Origin: the human T2T-CHM13v2.0 reference genome, Homo sapiens
Strand: one strand, 5' to 3'
Assembly (NCBI RefSeq): GCF_009914755.1
Contig: NC_060928.1
Length of the DNA stretch: 64,000 nucleotides
Part shown: piece after piece, positions 14,221 through 28,170 of the stretch
Numbering within the stretch: position 1 is the stretch's first letter
Layout of the letters: every line of letters begins with the position of its first letter
Notes under the pieces: model-generated
Database searches by the model: none
The model's input: only the letters and a program-made list of their open reading frames with translations
Told to the model about the DNA's origin: nothing
Position numbers and translations under genes: made by a program

Positions 14221-15424
14221 ACTCCCTTTTCCTTTGTAATAATGCTTTAATCTCCCCTATGTCCTCCCTTAACTCTTGTTCAGGTATAAAATTGATGGTA
14301 AAGCTGGGTAGGCTCCACAGCCAAGGAAGTTTCTGACTTCAAACAAATATTAGAAAAAATGCTCAGCCTTTACCAAACAAACCAGTAGTGGTTATGGTAA
14401 CATTTGCCAGGCTGAGCCAGTTTCCCTATCAATTATACTGCATGGCTTTCGGGATCAGGCTGCCTTCCACACATGGACTGTTGGTTTGGTGAAGAGGAGG
14501 GCTTATTGACTACTGCCCTTTTATATGTGAGAGTCTTTCTAGGTGATATTTGATTGCAGTTCACTTCATGTGTGTTTCAATTGTTGGGACCATCCTTCTC
14601 CTCCTCCAAATTATCAAGTGTCTATCTGGGTAGAAAACTGCCCCTTCCCAGAAACAGTGTGCATTTCCTGGAAAGTTGGTCATTTCAGCCCCAAATTTAT
14701 GAGTAAACATTTCTGTCATTTTTTCTTCAAATTTGTTCTGATAATGTCTTTATAGATTCATTTCATTGTCTGCCCTACTCACATCCTTTTAAAGGAAAAA
14801 TTATCACACCATAGTCTCTGGCAAAGCAACAAGATCCCATGACTTCTTCCCCAGTCATTGGATGAACACTGGACCCAAGAACAGCTACTCCCTTTGCCAA
14901 TCAGTGACAAATTAAAATCTCCTTTTTGAGATTTTTTTTTTAAATTAACAGAGATAAAGAGTGTAGATAACATACATGTTGATGCTTCTCATTCATTCTT
15001 ACACTGGAAAAATTTTCCTAAAATTTCCTCCACTTTAGCTATTTTGGACTTAACTGAATAGAGAACATCCCCCCCCACACCCCCCCCCACACACTATTAT
15101 GTCTTCCTGATGTCTATTCAATAATTTAACAGATAGTTGTTTTCTGTTTTCAGTGTACATAGTGCTCAATTTATTGTCATAAACCCTAATCCTCTATAAC
15201 GTAGCATAGGTGATTTCTAAACAACCTTTGAAAAATGTCTCTACACATTTTTTTCAATGTTGTAGCAAAAGGGCAGATTAAATACTTCCTATATCAATGA
15301 TATTTACCATGTTATTAATATGTTGACTCCCTATTGTCTGTCTCAAATCAGACATGACTGTTAGCTTTGTATAATGACAATGAATGGTAAAGTTGGCTTT
15401 CTGCCAGGCAGAAGGGGTATATGC

Positions 15425-15425
<1 letters not shown>

Positions 15426-15469
<44 letters not shown>
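15426..15469. repeat. (AC)22 microsatellite
   Basis: Perfect dinucleotide run. Confidence 0.99.
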
Positions 15470-15471
<2 letters not shown>

Positions 15472-15930
15472 CACTCTGGTTTTTTTATATTTACATAATT
15501 CCAAGAAATTAAGTGAACATAGAAAGTTGCTAATGCTTTTTAAGGTCTTGTTTTATGTAAACAAGGAACCACAATAGGAGTGAGTCAATTTATGTCCTTT
15601 CTTAGTGTTCAAATAAACTGCAGCTGAAATGATTACACAGCAAATTTTACCAATTTTGCTCATGATTATAGTCTGCTGATTTCTCATTTATAGACAGCTA
15701 AAACTTATTCTTTGTATAGTTTGAAGGAGAGGTTTAGGATACCATTTTATATATATGTGGGCTCTTTATTTTTATTTTTGCCAAACAGAAGCAAACGTTA
15801 GAGTGTTCCACTGAGCAACAACTTAGAGTTGTTCCTGGTTTTGCTTGAGAATGCATTCGGCTCACTTTCACTTCAGCTTTTTAAACCTTTTTGTTCCTTT
15901 TGATTTATGAGTCTTTTCGTTCTACTTCAG

Positions 15931-16152
15931 AGATTCACTTAACAGGGACGTGCCAGACCCTCAAGTCCCCTCGGTTTATGGTGTGGATCTAGCCGACAGC
16001 CCTGTACCATGCCCTGCCCCATGGCAAGCTTGCAGTGTAAAACAGCACCAATTGCGTGAGACGACATACAAGACCACATAATAGAGGGGATTATAAGAGA
16101 ACAAACATTTCTTTGCTTCATTTATAGTATCATTGTGGAAGGACGAAATGCT
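15931..16152 (+). other. Candidate non-coding exon or CpG-retaining element
   Basis: Acceptor tcttttcgttctacttcag|AG and donor GCT|gtaagt; several CpGs; stops in all three frames. Confidence 0.35.
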
Positions 16153-19100
16153 GTAAGTCTGCTTTGCCCGGGTGTGGACTTGTAATCCACCCAAAACTTT
16201 GATTGTTCCCTTCACTTTGCTTTGTAAAAGCTTCTGTGGCTTTTGTGGATTATTACTTCATAATGTTTGGACAAACATCAATTAACATACATCAAAACGT
16301 TTCCACTTATGTCCCTCTATGAATGGAGGAGACCCAAAAGACACATGGGTTTGGAAACACTCACATGGAGATGACAGGAGGCCAGGCTGTGCAGACAACA
16401 CAGGTGTGCTGCTAGATATGTGTTGGGAATGGGGCATTTCTTAATGGAGCTTGGAGTAATTATCTAACCAGTCCTCTAAAGAGTGGCTTTATTGGAAACC
16501 TTAGCTATTATAAGGACTTTTTCTTTAAACCTAGGAAATGAGTGGTTGAAAATCAGATGAAGTTTGTGAACCTGGCTGTTGAAATTGGAAGCAGCAGAAA
16601 TTATGTTAGTTTTCGTAGTCATTGGAGAACTTTTTAATCTTTAAAAAAATTTCTTGAGAGAAATTTGAATTCATAAATATTGAAAATATTTATGTCATAA
16701 TGTCCAACAAAAATATTCCCAAAGCCATACTATATTATGGAGTTTTAAATATATGCCATCTTTTGGTGTTTGGCTTATTCTTGTAGGGATATTTTCTATC
16801 TATGAGGCCAATACTGTGAGTAGCTGGAACAAATTCATGGCCAAACCTTTACTGGTCTGTATTGTCAGTTATAAAACATTGACAACAGATTCTTGCCCAG
16901 TTGAGAGTACTACAGCTCCAAATATCTCTCATTATGTGTTTATCTGATAATAATGTCTGTATTTGTGTGGCAAATCCTCAGAACATATTAATGTTGTTAT
17001 TGAAGACTGTGTCTAATTTGTAAAGGCACTATAAAATAACCCAAGAATGACTTCATTTTTTGGATTATTTTGTATATTATTATCATCAAGGCCTAGTTCC
17101 TGGAGAATTTCATTAATAAGTTTCAATAATCACATCAGGCTAATTTGCTGTATTTACAAGTCCACTTTATTAGAGTGGTATTAAAATATACTCATTTTCC
17201 TAGATTGCCATAAACCAAACTGAAGGGTTGCCTTTAGTATTAATTTCTTTTGCAAATAATTGTTTTAGCAAAAATTGCAATAATGTTCTTGTGTTAAGGA
17301 AATAATAGTAACTGAGTTCTGCTCAATAAGAGATATAAAAACTCTTTGTCTATTAAGAGGACTAGTTAAAATGCAAGAATCATTCATTTGGTCTATTAAG
17401 GTAGGTAAATTGAGTGTTAAGTGGCCCACCTCAAGCACAGGGAGAGATCTTCGTGCTCTGGGGGGACAGAAACATAAACAGAGCTACCTATGGTTCATAT
17501 TAAAATAAAGGTGGATCTGACCTCATGGACACACCTGATTTTGAGATAGGGTAGCATAAAACTGGCATTTTTCACTTTCAGCTGACATTCTTTAGGTCCT
17601 TGCATGGGTAAAGGTGACACTGTATCCTTCTTCAATCTTAGGTTGCCATTTGAGATGGATGCCTGAAGCAAAGGCCTCACCTGGGGCTGCTTGTGTACCT
17701 GCTCTGTCCTCTCCACATTAAAATTTCTGCTTTTCTTTTTTGTACATAACTGCAACCACAGGCAATCTTTCAATATGATCTTTAAAGCCAATTATCTTCT
17801 ATTATCTGTGTGGAGGGACAATCCTATTCCATAAAATCATTGAATTGTATTTGTGTTGAGGACAACAGAATTTTAAGAGATATATGCTTCAAATATGCAA
17901 GAAATTGTCTTCCGCTTTTGGCTCTGTGGACTGTGCAAAGCTGTTTTGCTTACTCAGTTTAGCTGAACATCGCAACCCTGTACCCTTTTGGAGTTCCAAT
18001 ATGGGCCCTGAAGAAGGGAAATTTAATCTGGTGGAAAAAACATGGGCTTTGAAGTCTGAGAGACCTGGTTTTTGATGCTGTCTCTGCTATTTATATCACA
18101 AGCTTATTAGTGACAAGGAGGATTAGTGACAATGTAGGACATGTCCAGCACCTGTTTTGGGCATTTGATAGATTAAAATAGAATAAGAGAAAGCTATCTT
18201 ACTTGGAAAAAAGTCCCATTTCTTCCATTTCAGCTCCCTAATTCTGCAATTTTAGCTTTATTTTATTCAGAAGTATGAGGTGGCATGATGTCTCCCACTT
18301 GTATAATTTTACTGTGGATGTAGAGGGGACAGACTGGGTAGACAATAATAAGAATGAGGAGAAATATAGAGAACCAACGAGATATTACGGAATCATAGCC
18401 ATTTATTTGTAGGATTCCTTTTAGACCCGTCACAATAGGAAAGTGGATTTAATTTAGCCCAAGAGGCAGTTGCATTTTTCTACATTTAATACCCTGGTTC
18501 ATGGATAAGGGGTTACGCTGATCACAAGCTCAAGTGAAACTTTCCTATGTGGCTTTGAGGAGAGATTCCCTGACCTGTTTAAGTTTAATCTATTTTGGTA
18601 AAAATACTTATTAAAAATGATATTAGACTTCCAAGGTCTTTTCCTACCAACTTTCTTTTGTTGGTTGCCTATCACTTGGCTATCATTTTTAGACACTAAA
18701 TGAAGAGCATGTGTAGCAAAGCACAGAAATGCACTTCTATTCCGTATTACCATGGGTAATGTCCAATATGAAATATGGGTTTTCTTGAAGTAGAACACAC
18801 TACTTCAATTATTACATCCAGTTTGGAAACATGAATATTCATACAATTAGAAACTTGGAAGCATAGCACAAATTCTTTCTAACTGGACTCTGACCTAGTC
18901 ATTTCCCCCTTCGCCCCAAATCTGGCCTAAAAATGCAGCCCCAAAGATGAAACGCCATGGTAGCCTGACATTCATTGATTCTAGAGGAAAATGCTAAAAA
19001 GAAAAAGTGGTCACACGAAATAACATTTTTCGTTAGTACTGAGCCCCAAAGTCGCTTAGATTATTTTTTTCCATTGTCTATTTTCATGTGAGTGATGGTA

Positions 19101-19894
19101 GGTGCTTTTGTTATTCATAACTTTTCTTCAGTTCTACATGATGAGAATGAAATCACACAAAGGAAGTATGTGGCTTATTAGAATATTTGAATAGTGCACT
19201 TAAGGTTGCAAATCAGGTCTTATTATAATCCCTTCTTAATTGGTTTTTCATATTTTTGCCTTTGGATTCTAACTTTTCAGTGCCAAGATAGATATTATTA
19301 TACATCTCCAAAAATTAATTGTACTCATGTGGAAATGAACAAAACCTATGCTCTTCATAGAAAACACACACGCATATCAAACACAAGCACACACACAACT
19401 GCAATTCAAAGCATAAATCATTCTTAGGCTTTTGAGAGCATGCCTCTAGCTAGTTGTCCTAATGAAGAATTGTGAGCCTGCTAAAAAAGTTTCATTTCTA
19501 AATTTTCTAGATAAAAGTAGTTAAGGTTTTGACCATCTGCTAGCTTTATTGTTTTATTTGTTGTTTATTTATTGATGTGAAAATAAATTTACTGAGTTAC
19601 TGTAATATAAGCTATTGGACTTTGTATAAATTGTTATACTAGGCTTTAAGATTTATAATGAGTTTTAAATTAACAGTAATTCTATTTCTGATTGAGTATC
19701 AGATTAGTAATATTTAATAAGAAAAAAACTCATGTAGGTGTAAGTAAATTGTAAGAGCCAGAGAGCTCTTGATAATCTGCATTTAGTGGTAGTAGTTATA
19801 ATTGATCCTCACTAGCAAAATAGCATCTTTTTATTAGTCTTTTCTCTGTCTAAACAAGAAACTTGTTAATGACTTTTTTTTTTTTTTCATTTAG

Positions 19895-19967
19895 GGAACA
19901 CTTTTTAGTAATTGACTTCCACCAGACACATTTCTGCTAGATTTGTTTCCTACCTTAATTTGGTCAG
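19895..19967 (+). other. Candidate 73-nt exon
   Basis: T14-catttag|GG acceptor and CAG|gtaaca donor. Confidence 0.25.
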
Positions 19968-20711
19968 GTAACATGGGGGAAGAAATGGTCAGGGTACCTA
20001 AATAGAATTTGTAACTAAAGTTAGAACTGGGAATCTTTTCAATTATTTTGTTGAAAATATATGTGACTTTTTATAATATTTGTCACTGTTTTCATTGAGC
20101 CAGTGAGAATAAAAAACAGGAACCTGTAAAAAATTTCTTGAACTTTGGTCTTGTTCATCATTGTATCACTGGATTTGTTGAGTAAATGGGTATGCTTTCC
20201 TGGGAAAAGACATCACCATTTGTTATGCTCGAAGTGGGCAGTGATATCAAGATGTGTTATCACTGTCTATACCACTTGACAAAGATGTAGAGGAAAAACT
20301 TACGATGGATCCCAGGACCTCAAATTGAACACAACATATTAAGCACTCTTTTGTGAATAAGGCCCAAAATCACTAGTCTTTAGGGGCAGTTTGGGGTGGT
20401 GAGTCAGTAAAGGAAAACAATCATTTAGTTTGCTTCCTAATTGGGATTATCAGTGGCTACAAATACTGAAGTCAGATAGGATGATCTGAATACCATCTAT
20501 CCCCCTTCACTTTCAACTTTTCTGTACTCATATTGATACTTGCCAGTATCAGCAAAGGGAAAAGAAGCCCAGGGCTGGGAATAAAGTTTATGCAATAAGT
20601 TGGTGAGCTTATGCAGCTCAATAAAAACTGATGACCTAGTGTTATTTCAAGGACATGTTATTCTAAATCTGAAAGGAATGTTGCAACCTAATCCTTACCG
20701 TCTTCACTCAC

Positions 20712-20744
20712 CTGCTTCCAATCAGGACTGCTACTGATGACGAG
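20712..20744 (-). other. Candidate 33-nt micro-exon (an alternative donor extends it to 20699)
   Basis: Minus strand: cttcctccctttttaag|CTCG...GCAG|gtgagt, with a second donor ACG|gtaagg 13 nt further on. Confidence 0.35.
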
Positions 20745-21754
20745 CTTAAAAAGGGAGGAAGAGGAATTTAGATTTGAGCCAATACACAACAACACAACCA
20801 GGCATGTGTTCCCTTAAAAATCTTGTCTTCCTGAGTGTGTATCCCAACATTATGGAAAATTATATATGTGTTTCATCCACACTGATATGTTTTTGTTTTT
20901 GACTTAAGACATTAAGGAAATCTGACACCCTTTTGAGGCTTCTTAATCAAATGCTTTAAAAATATTTCAGAGACACTGGATTAAAATAATTGCTGTAGAG
21001 GATGAGTGGTGGCTTGGGAGAGTTTTCACAAACTTTTGTAGTCATAGAGATTTTTTTTACAAGAAGAACTTGTAAGGAGATCCATGAGGAAAGAGAGAAG
21101 AGGCTGAGCATTCAAAGTGGGAGGTTAACTGCTACACGTGTCGGTATGATGGAGGGTTTGTTGGCCCGGAGGAGGATTTCTTGATGCTGAGCTTGAGTCC
21201 TTCTTCCCTTACCTATGTTTGTTGGGAATGTAGAACAGCTGCTTACCACCCATATGATTCCATTATTTAATCTGCCGGCTTTTTTCTGGGAATGAAATAA
21301 TCCTGATTCCTTTAAGCTTTCATCATGGTATCTGTTTCTCTGCTTTATAATCATTTTCACCAAGTTCTTCTCCAACTCTCCTCATCACAATTACAACTGG
21401 GAGCTTCAGAAGCGAATAACGCTGCTGAATGTAATGGAAACATGACTAAGACTGTTTTCAAAAGCATCCTCCATTGGCACAGATAAATTACTGTACAGTT
21501 ACTTCATTATGTCATCTGATTTCAGTAACTGGGTTTAGAGGAGACATTGCCCAAAGAAAGGGAAGTCACCAGTTTCAATTATTATTTTTTTTTTAATTTC
21601 TGAAAGGGGAAATTTCAGTAGTATTCTGTATTTGTCCTTCATTTCCCTCAGATTTTTTTCTACGTGTTAATCTGATCTTTATGGACAAACACATTGTATT
21701 CTGCTTATTTTAATTGGAATTAAAAGTATACTAATGGCTTCTGTTGGTGATGAC

Positions 21755-22115
21755 ATTCATTTATTCATCCATTTATGCACTCAAGCCATATGTTTGAACT
21801 GCTAGCGAGAGAAAAGCTATATTCTAGGTGATAGGGTTAAAATAGTGAATAAAGATAGATATAGTACCTACAGTCTTGTGGTGGAGAAAGGTATTATACA
21901 AATGCTTATGTAATTGAAAATTGAAATATAAGAGATAAAAGAAAGAGCAAAGTTGTATGAGAATATAAAATAAAGGAAACTCACTGGAGACACGTTAAGG
22001 CTTCTCTTGGGAAAACAAAGGCACTGGAGCTGACATGTGGTGGGAAATTAATTGGACGAAGAGGCAAATGTGTTGGAGAACTGCGTTCTTTGTAGAGGGA
22101 ACAGCATATTCAAAA
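21755..22115 (-). mobile_element. L2 relic
   Basis: cattcatttattcatccattt tail...tattctaggtgatagggttaaaatagtgaataa...gagggaacagcatattcaaa. Confidence 0.7.
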
Positions 22116-22945
22116 AGTATTATGTATTTTTATATAGTTAGCAGACTTAAATTTCCTTAAATTTGTATTGTCTCCTTTAATTATTTTAGTTTGAATTACC
22201 TGTTTTCCCTTCATTTTGTCATAAGGAGTCCCTCATTTGAGTTTCTATTGTATGCTGATCCTGTGTTAAGGGATTTGAATTTTTCCTGATTAAATAACAA
22301 AATTTTGTATTGTGCTATACCATTCCTTAGGGCTCCACTCTGAATAAAAAACGGCTAATGGCTTTCACTTTTCATCCTAGACTTTGTTTAGTGTGACACT
22401 TACTGAACCCTCCATAAATCCCTGTAGTCATGTCTGTGTAGACATACATTGTTACAGAGGCACTCTGTCCTTTTTTCTGCTTTTGGAGAATAGGTGCTAA
22501 ATTTTCCCACATTCTAAGATAATTTCATTGAATAGGACAGCCTCCTTATAAAATGGCGATAAGCATATATGACCCCCCTACATATCCCAGTAGCTGTATA
22601 GTTCTGCTTTGAGCTGCCTGATTAATTGACTCCCTAAGTCCCGCCCTAAATTCTTGATTAGTTAAGATTCCCCACATTCCTGACTTTTCCTTGAATTCTG
22701 TAGTCCCTCAAATTTGACTTACCCGTCCTGACTGTTGGCTACTCTTTAAATATCTTAGTTTGCAGCCCTGATTGACAGTCCCTGCATGGTTGTTCTTCAA
22801 GCACATATTGAACATTACATTCTCATGTGCCCTAGAACTATGGGTTTGATCGGTGTCTTTTAAATCATTCATAAAAAAAAATGCAGGAAACTCAAACAAG
22901 ATAGACAATATGATATAAAACAATGTTTGGAATATGGTCCTTCTT

Positions 22946-23329
<384 letters not shown>

Positions 23330-23804
23330 TCATCACTTCCCTTTGTGAGGCAGGAAGAATGGCTTATCCAAAATCATTCATTTTGTTGTGAAAAGAATAT
23401 TTTATTCATTTCAAGTGGGCACATTCATTCTTCCACATTGAGTTCTGTGGACTCCTAGATGATATGAGGATACTAACTAGATCTAGATAACTCCTAATTC
23501 TCTAGTATCCATCTCTTTGCCCTCCTGATCTCAGGCTTACCAAATTATGGACATGACTCATTTCTCTCCATATTCTATTACTCATACAACTTGACAAATA
23601 TTCAAACAATATGGCAAAGATTGAGCATCACTTTTTCTTTTTCTTAACTCTAAAACTTCTTGATGGTCTGTTATCTTCTGGGCTCCCCTTCTTCATCCAC
23701 CTGTTTCTCTTATTTGCTTTTGAGCTTCATTAGATCTCCCATTATGATAGTTTTCTTCTCTACAAAAGAGAAATGAAACATAAATACTATCTCCTCTAAG
23801 TAGT

Positions 23805-24411
23805 TGTAAGGAGTTTGCCAAATTGCAACATCAGAGGGAACAGTCCCCACAAGACTGCCCTCACCTTTGGACAGCAATTGCAAGTTCAGAGACTTCCCAA
23901 AACCACACTCAGTTTTGATAACCTGCTATTATGACTCACAGAACTCAGGAAAGTGCTATATTTGCAATTAGTTTTCTATTGAAAGGAGGCAAATTAGAAC
24001 TGGCCAAAGAAAGAGACACACTGGGCAAATTCTGGGAGGCAAAGTTTCTGGTCATCTCCAGGTGGAATCCTGGATGGCATTACCTCCTCCAGGCTACTAT
24101 GTGAGACAATACTCAATGAATACTGCCCAGGAGGAGCCTCACTTGATCTTCAGTATCTGAAGTTTTCATGGGAGCTTCATTATGTGGGAATAATTGATTG
24201 AATCATTGCCATGTTTCCAGCTCTCCTCCCTCCCTGGAGGTTGGGTTGACACCAAGGGGTTCACCATAAATCACCTCATTAGCATGAACTGTTGAGGTGT
24301 GCTTGAGGGTTCGTTATGAATAACAAATACACTCCTACCGCGCAGAAGTTCCAAGGGTGTAGAGATCACCTCCTGAAAGCCAGGGCAAAGGCCAGAATTC
24401 ATTCTTACACA
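23805..24411 (-). mobile_element. MER21-family solo LTR
   Basis: ccccacaagactgccctcac...gactcacagaactcag...ttatgaataacaaatacactcctac...ttccaaggg matches the reverse complement of the recalled MER21 consensus. Confidence 0.85.
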
Positions 24412-26423
24412 GTAGTTAATTAAGTGAAGAAAATCTGTCGCTCTTTTAACTAACATACTTTTATAATATATTAATATGTATTATATACCTAAACATATTA
24501 TAACATATTCTATTTATAGTAAATAAATATGTATGATATGAGATAGAGATATCTGTGAAAATGATCAGTTGCTTGGATTATAAACTCCGAATGATATTTT
24601 CTTTTGAAGGATCTTATATACAGCCATGGGACAAAGTAAGTCACCATTAGAGGCATCATTATATATACAGTATTAGCACACCTACCTTAACCTCATTTTG
24701 TGGGAAGATGCCTCCAAATCTTTCATTTATTTATTAATTGGAATTATTTAATTCCTTTACAATTTAAAATGTATTAATTGAGAATCTAGGGTGGGTCAGG
24801 CACTATGTTTTAAATTTTGTGATGAGAACGACATAGTTTCTGTATTTGAAGAGCTACCATTCTATTGCAGGAGGCAGTGAGAAAAATTGTAATACAATAC
24901 CATAAATGCTATACTAGTCATGAACCAGGTACTGGGGGAACTAAATGTAAGTACTTTCATTGAATTTGTGGGTAAGAAGTATCATCCTGGAAACAAGTTT
25001 CTTATGTCTGTCACATTGTATGTATAGTACTGGATAAATTCCAATGTTAAAATTAAAGTTTAATTAGGTAAGTTGGCATAAAGTTTTCATCTGTGTAGCC
25101 ACTAAAATAGAAGTTGCTATTATATTTGATAGCTCCTTTTAAAAGCACCAAACTGTTTTATTTAACAAAAAAATCAATGAACATATTTTTTCATCAACTG
25201 CCAACAAAGTCTTCTGTTTGTATCATATTTCCACGGAATTTCATCTTCTTACTAAGTCTGTTTTGAGGGCTAATTTTGTCATTACTATATTCTCAAGACG
25301 AGAAAAATCACAATTCTCCTTTCTGGTTATCTATGGAATCTAGTATCTTGTTAGCTTCGTAATCATGTTTCATTAACTTCCTCAAGTACGTGCAAAATAC
25401 TCTGAGAAACTGTACATTTCAGAGCTATATAAGAAGAGAATCATATATTTTGATCTTTAACTAAATGTGGTTAACATTGATTATACAATATTGTATTCTT
25501 TTATTATTTCATGTGTTAAACCTTTAACAGTTTCAAGTCTTAGAAATAAGATAAAAATCCTTGAAGAAAATTATCATGTAACATTATAGACATAGTAGTT
25601 ACTCAGATATTATTGAATATAGGAATATGAATGTACTTTGCTAAAAATATGTTCTCCTAGAAGACTTTCCAAACAAATTATGTCAGGATAATGTAAGAGA
25701 ATGACAGGGAATATTGGAGAAGGTGCTCTTCCAAGGGCTTTGCATGTAATAACTTATTTAATTTTCTTAACAATGAGGTAGATATTAGTCTTATAAATGC
25801 TTTCTTAGCAGGATCTCTAAAATATATGCTTTTTCCTCTACTTTTGACTCAACTTTAGTGCCAAATAATAAGAAAATGTTATTATCCAAAACTTGGAAGT
25901 ATGGGAAAAGATAACTGTGTGACTTACATTGTTAAGTGATGGCATTGTCTAACAAGCTCACCTAAAGGTCTTCTGTCTTAAGAATGTAACTTTCCTTGAC
26001 TTGCTATTTACTGGTATCCATGGCAACATTTTATAGCTTTGTTAGCACAGATCTTAACTTGCAGAAAGCCAAGAGGTTGCATGTGTTTATTTTTCTGATA
26101 GTAATGCAAATGGTTTCAGCCCAGTAAAAAAGATCACCTCAAAGTTCATGTCTCTGGCCCTGTCAGACAATACTCTCTTTTTTTATTGTTGTTATTCTAA
26201 TTTAGCAATCCCATTCCAGATTTCTTCTTTTCTTTCAGTGACTCTGTAAACATGTGTCAGTATGTTTTAGTATAATGACCAGCAAAATAATGCCCTTTAC
26301 ATCTTGCTGATTCCCTTAACAAATTTAATAAAATTTTGACAATGCATCTACATGAGAATTATGTTGTCTTAAGATTTTGAAAATTATGTGTGACAACAAA
26401 TGACCACTTTCTTGAATTCTTAC

Positions 26424-26777
26424 TGCATTAATCCATTTAGGCTGCTTTAACAAATACTAGTAAACTAGGTGGCTTGTAAACAACAAACGTTCATTTTTAC
26501 AGTTCTGGAGGCTGGGAAGTCCAAGACCAAGGTGCTGGCAGATTAGTGTCTGGTAAAAACCCATTCCTCATAGACAGTGCCTAGCTGTGCCCTCACATGG
26601 TGGACGGGGCTAGCTAGCTTTTGGAGGTCTCTTTTATAAGAGCACTAATCCAATCATGAGAGCTCCACTCTTGTGACTTTATCACCTACCAAAAGGTCCC
26701 ACATCCTAATTCCACTGCCTTTGGGGTTAGGATTTCAATAAATAAATTTTGAGGAGACAAATGTTCAGATCACAGCA
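26424..26777 (-). mobile_element. MLT1A-like MaLR solo LTR
   Basis: acagttctggaggctgggaagtccaagaccaaggtgctggcagatt...cttttataagagcactaatcc...ttcagatcacagca; TG...CA ends. Confidence 0.9.
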
Positions 26778-26841
26778 TGTGTTAACAGGTTAACTCTCCT
26801 ATAATCTCTGACCCAACTTGCTATCAATCTTGTATTTCACA

Positions 26842-27213
<372 letters not shown>

Positions 27214-27230
27214 TGAAACTCCAGACACTC

Positions 27231-27738
27231 TGTGCTAGATTTTCAGGACTGCCGTAACAAACTGTCACAAACTTGGTTTCTTAATACGATGGAAAAATGG
27301 AAACTTATTCTTTCACAGTTCTGGAGGACAGAAGTCCAAAATCAAGAAATCAAGTTCTTGGTAATACCATACTCCCTCCGTGGGCTCTAAGGAAGAATTT
27401 TTTTTTTTTTTTTTTTTTTGCCTTTTTCAGCTTCCGAGAGCTATTAGTATTACTTAACTTGTGGAGGCAAAATTCCAGTTTCTGCATCCATCTGCACAGT
27501 GTCTCCTCCTCTTCTGTGTTTTCTCCTCCCTGTCTGTCAAATATCCTCCTGCCTTACTCTTATGACATCTGTCATGGCATGTAGGTCCACCCAGACAATC
27601 AAGGATGATCTTTAAATCTCAAGATCTTTAACTTAGTTACATCTGCAAAGATTCTTTCCCCAAATAGCTAATATTCAGAAGTTCTGGGAATTAGGATATA
27701 TTCATATCTTTTGGGGGACTACCATTCAACCCACTATA
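27231..27738 (-). mobile_element. MLT1C-like MaLR solo LTR with an internal T-run
   Basis: ctgccgtaacaaactgtcacaaacttgg...atctcaagatctttaacttagttacatctgcaaaga...accattcaacccacta. Confidence 0.88.
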
Positions 27739-27899
27739 CTGCCATATCCAGCCCCAGTTCAGCTCTCTATGCTTACCTCCCAGTGTTTCTTGATAAGTAT
27801 TTCTGTTTATTTCTTGATCCCTCTCCTATCCCTAACCCACAGACTTTACTCTTTACAGCTTGTTGCTTTTGTTGACCGTATAGTTTCTCTGTCTCGTAC

Positions 27900-28170
27900 A
27901 GCTTCCCCCTCCTTTTATGTATCTAGTGTCCAATCTTCCTTCAAGCAGGCTTCCCCTGCCCCCAGCCCCAGTTTCCCCAATTCCAGGCTGAGTCTGGTGC
28001 TTTCTTGGCTGCTCTCACTGTACAGTGAACATACTCTTATTCTGTTGCTTCCTGAATTTCACTGGCTGTCCCCTTCTGTATATATCTGTATCCTCCATCA
28101 ATCTTTTTCTCAAAGAGCACAAACTATGCACAACCTCACTCAGTGTCTGTCAATAACAGGCATTTACTAA
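27900..28170 (+). mobile_element. L2 3' relic
   Basis: Pyrimidine-rich body ending actcagtgtctgtcaataacaggcatttactaa. Confidence 0.5.

Noticed and set aside
15069-15093. C8-aca-C9 run as a G-quadruplex
   Set aside because: Only two homopolymer runs; a simple repeat explains it.
16671-16693. cataaatatt/aatatttatg stem, and similar 7-10 bp stems near 7646, 20239 and 58121
   Set aside because: Short stems are expected by chance in AT-rich DNA.
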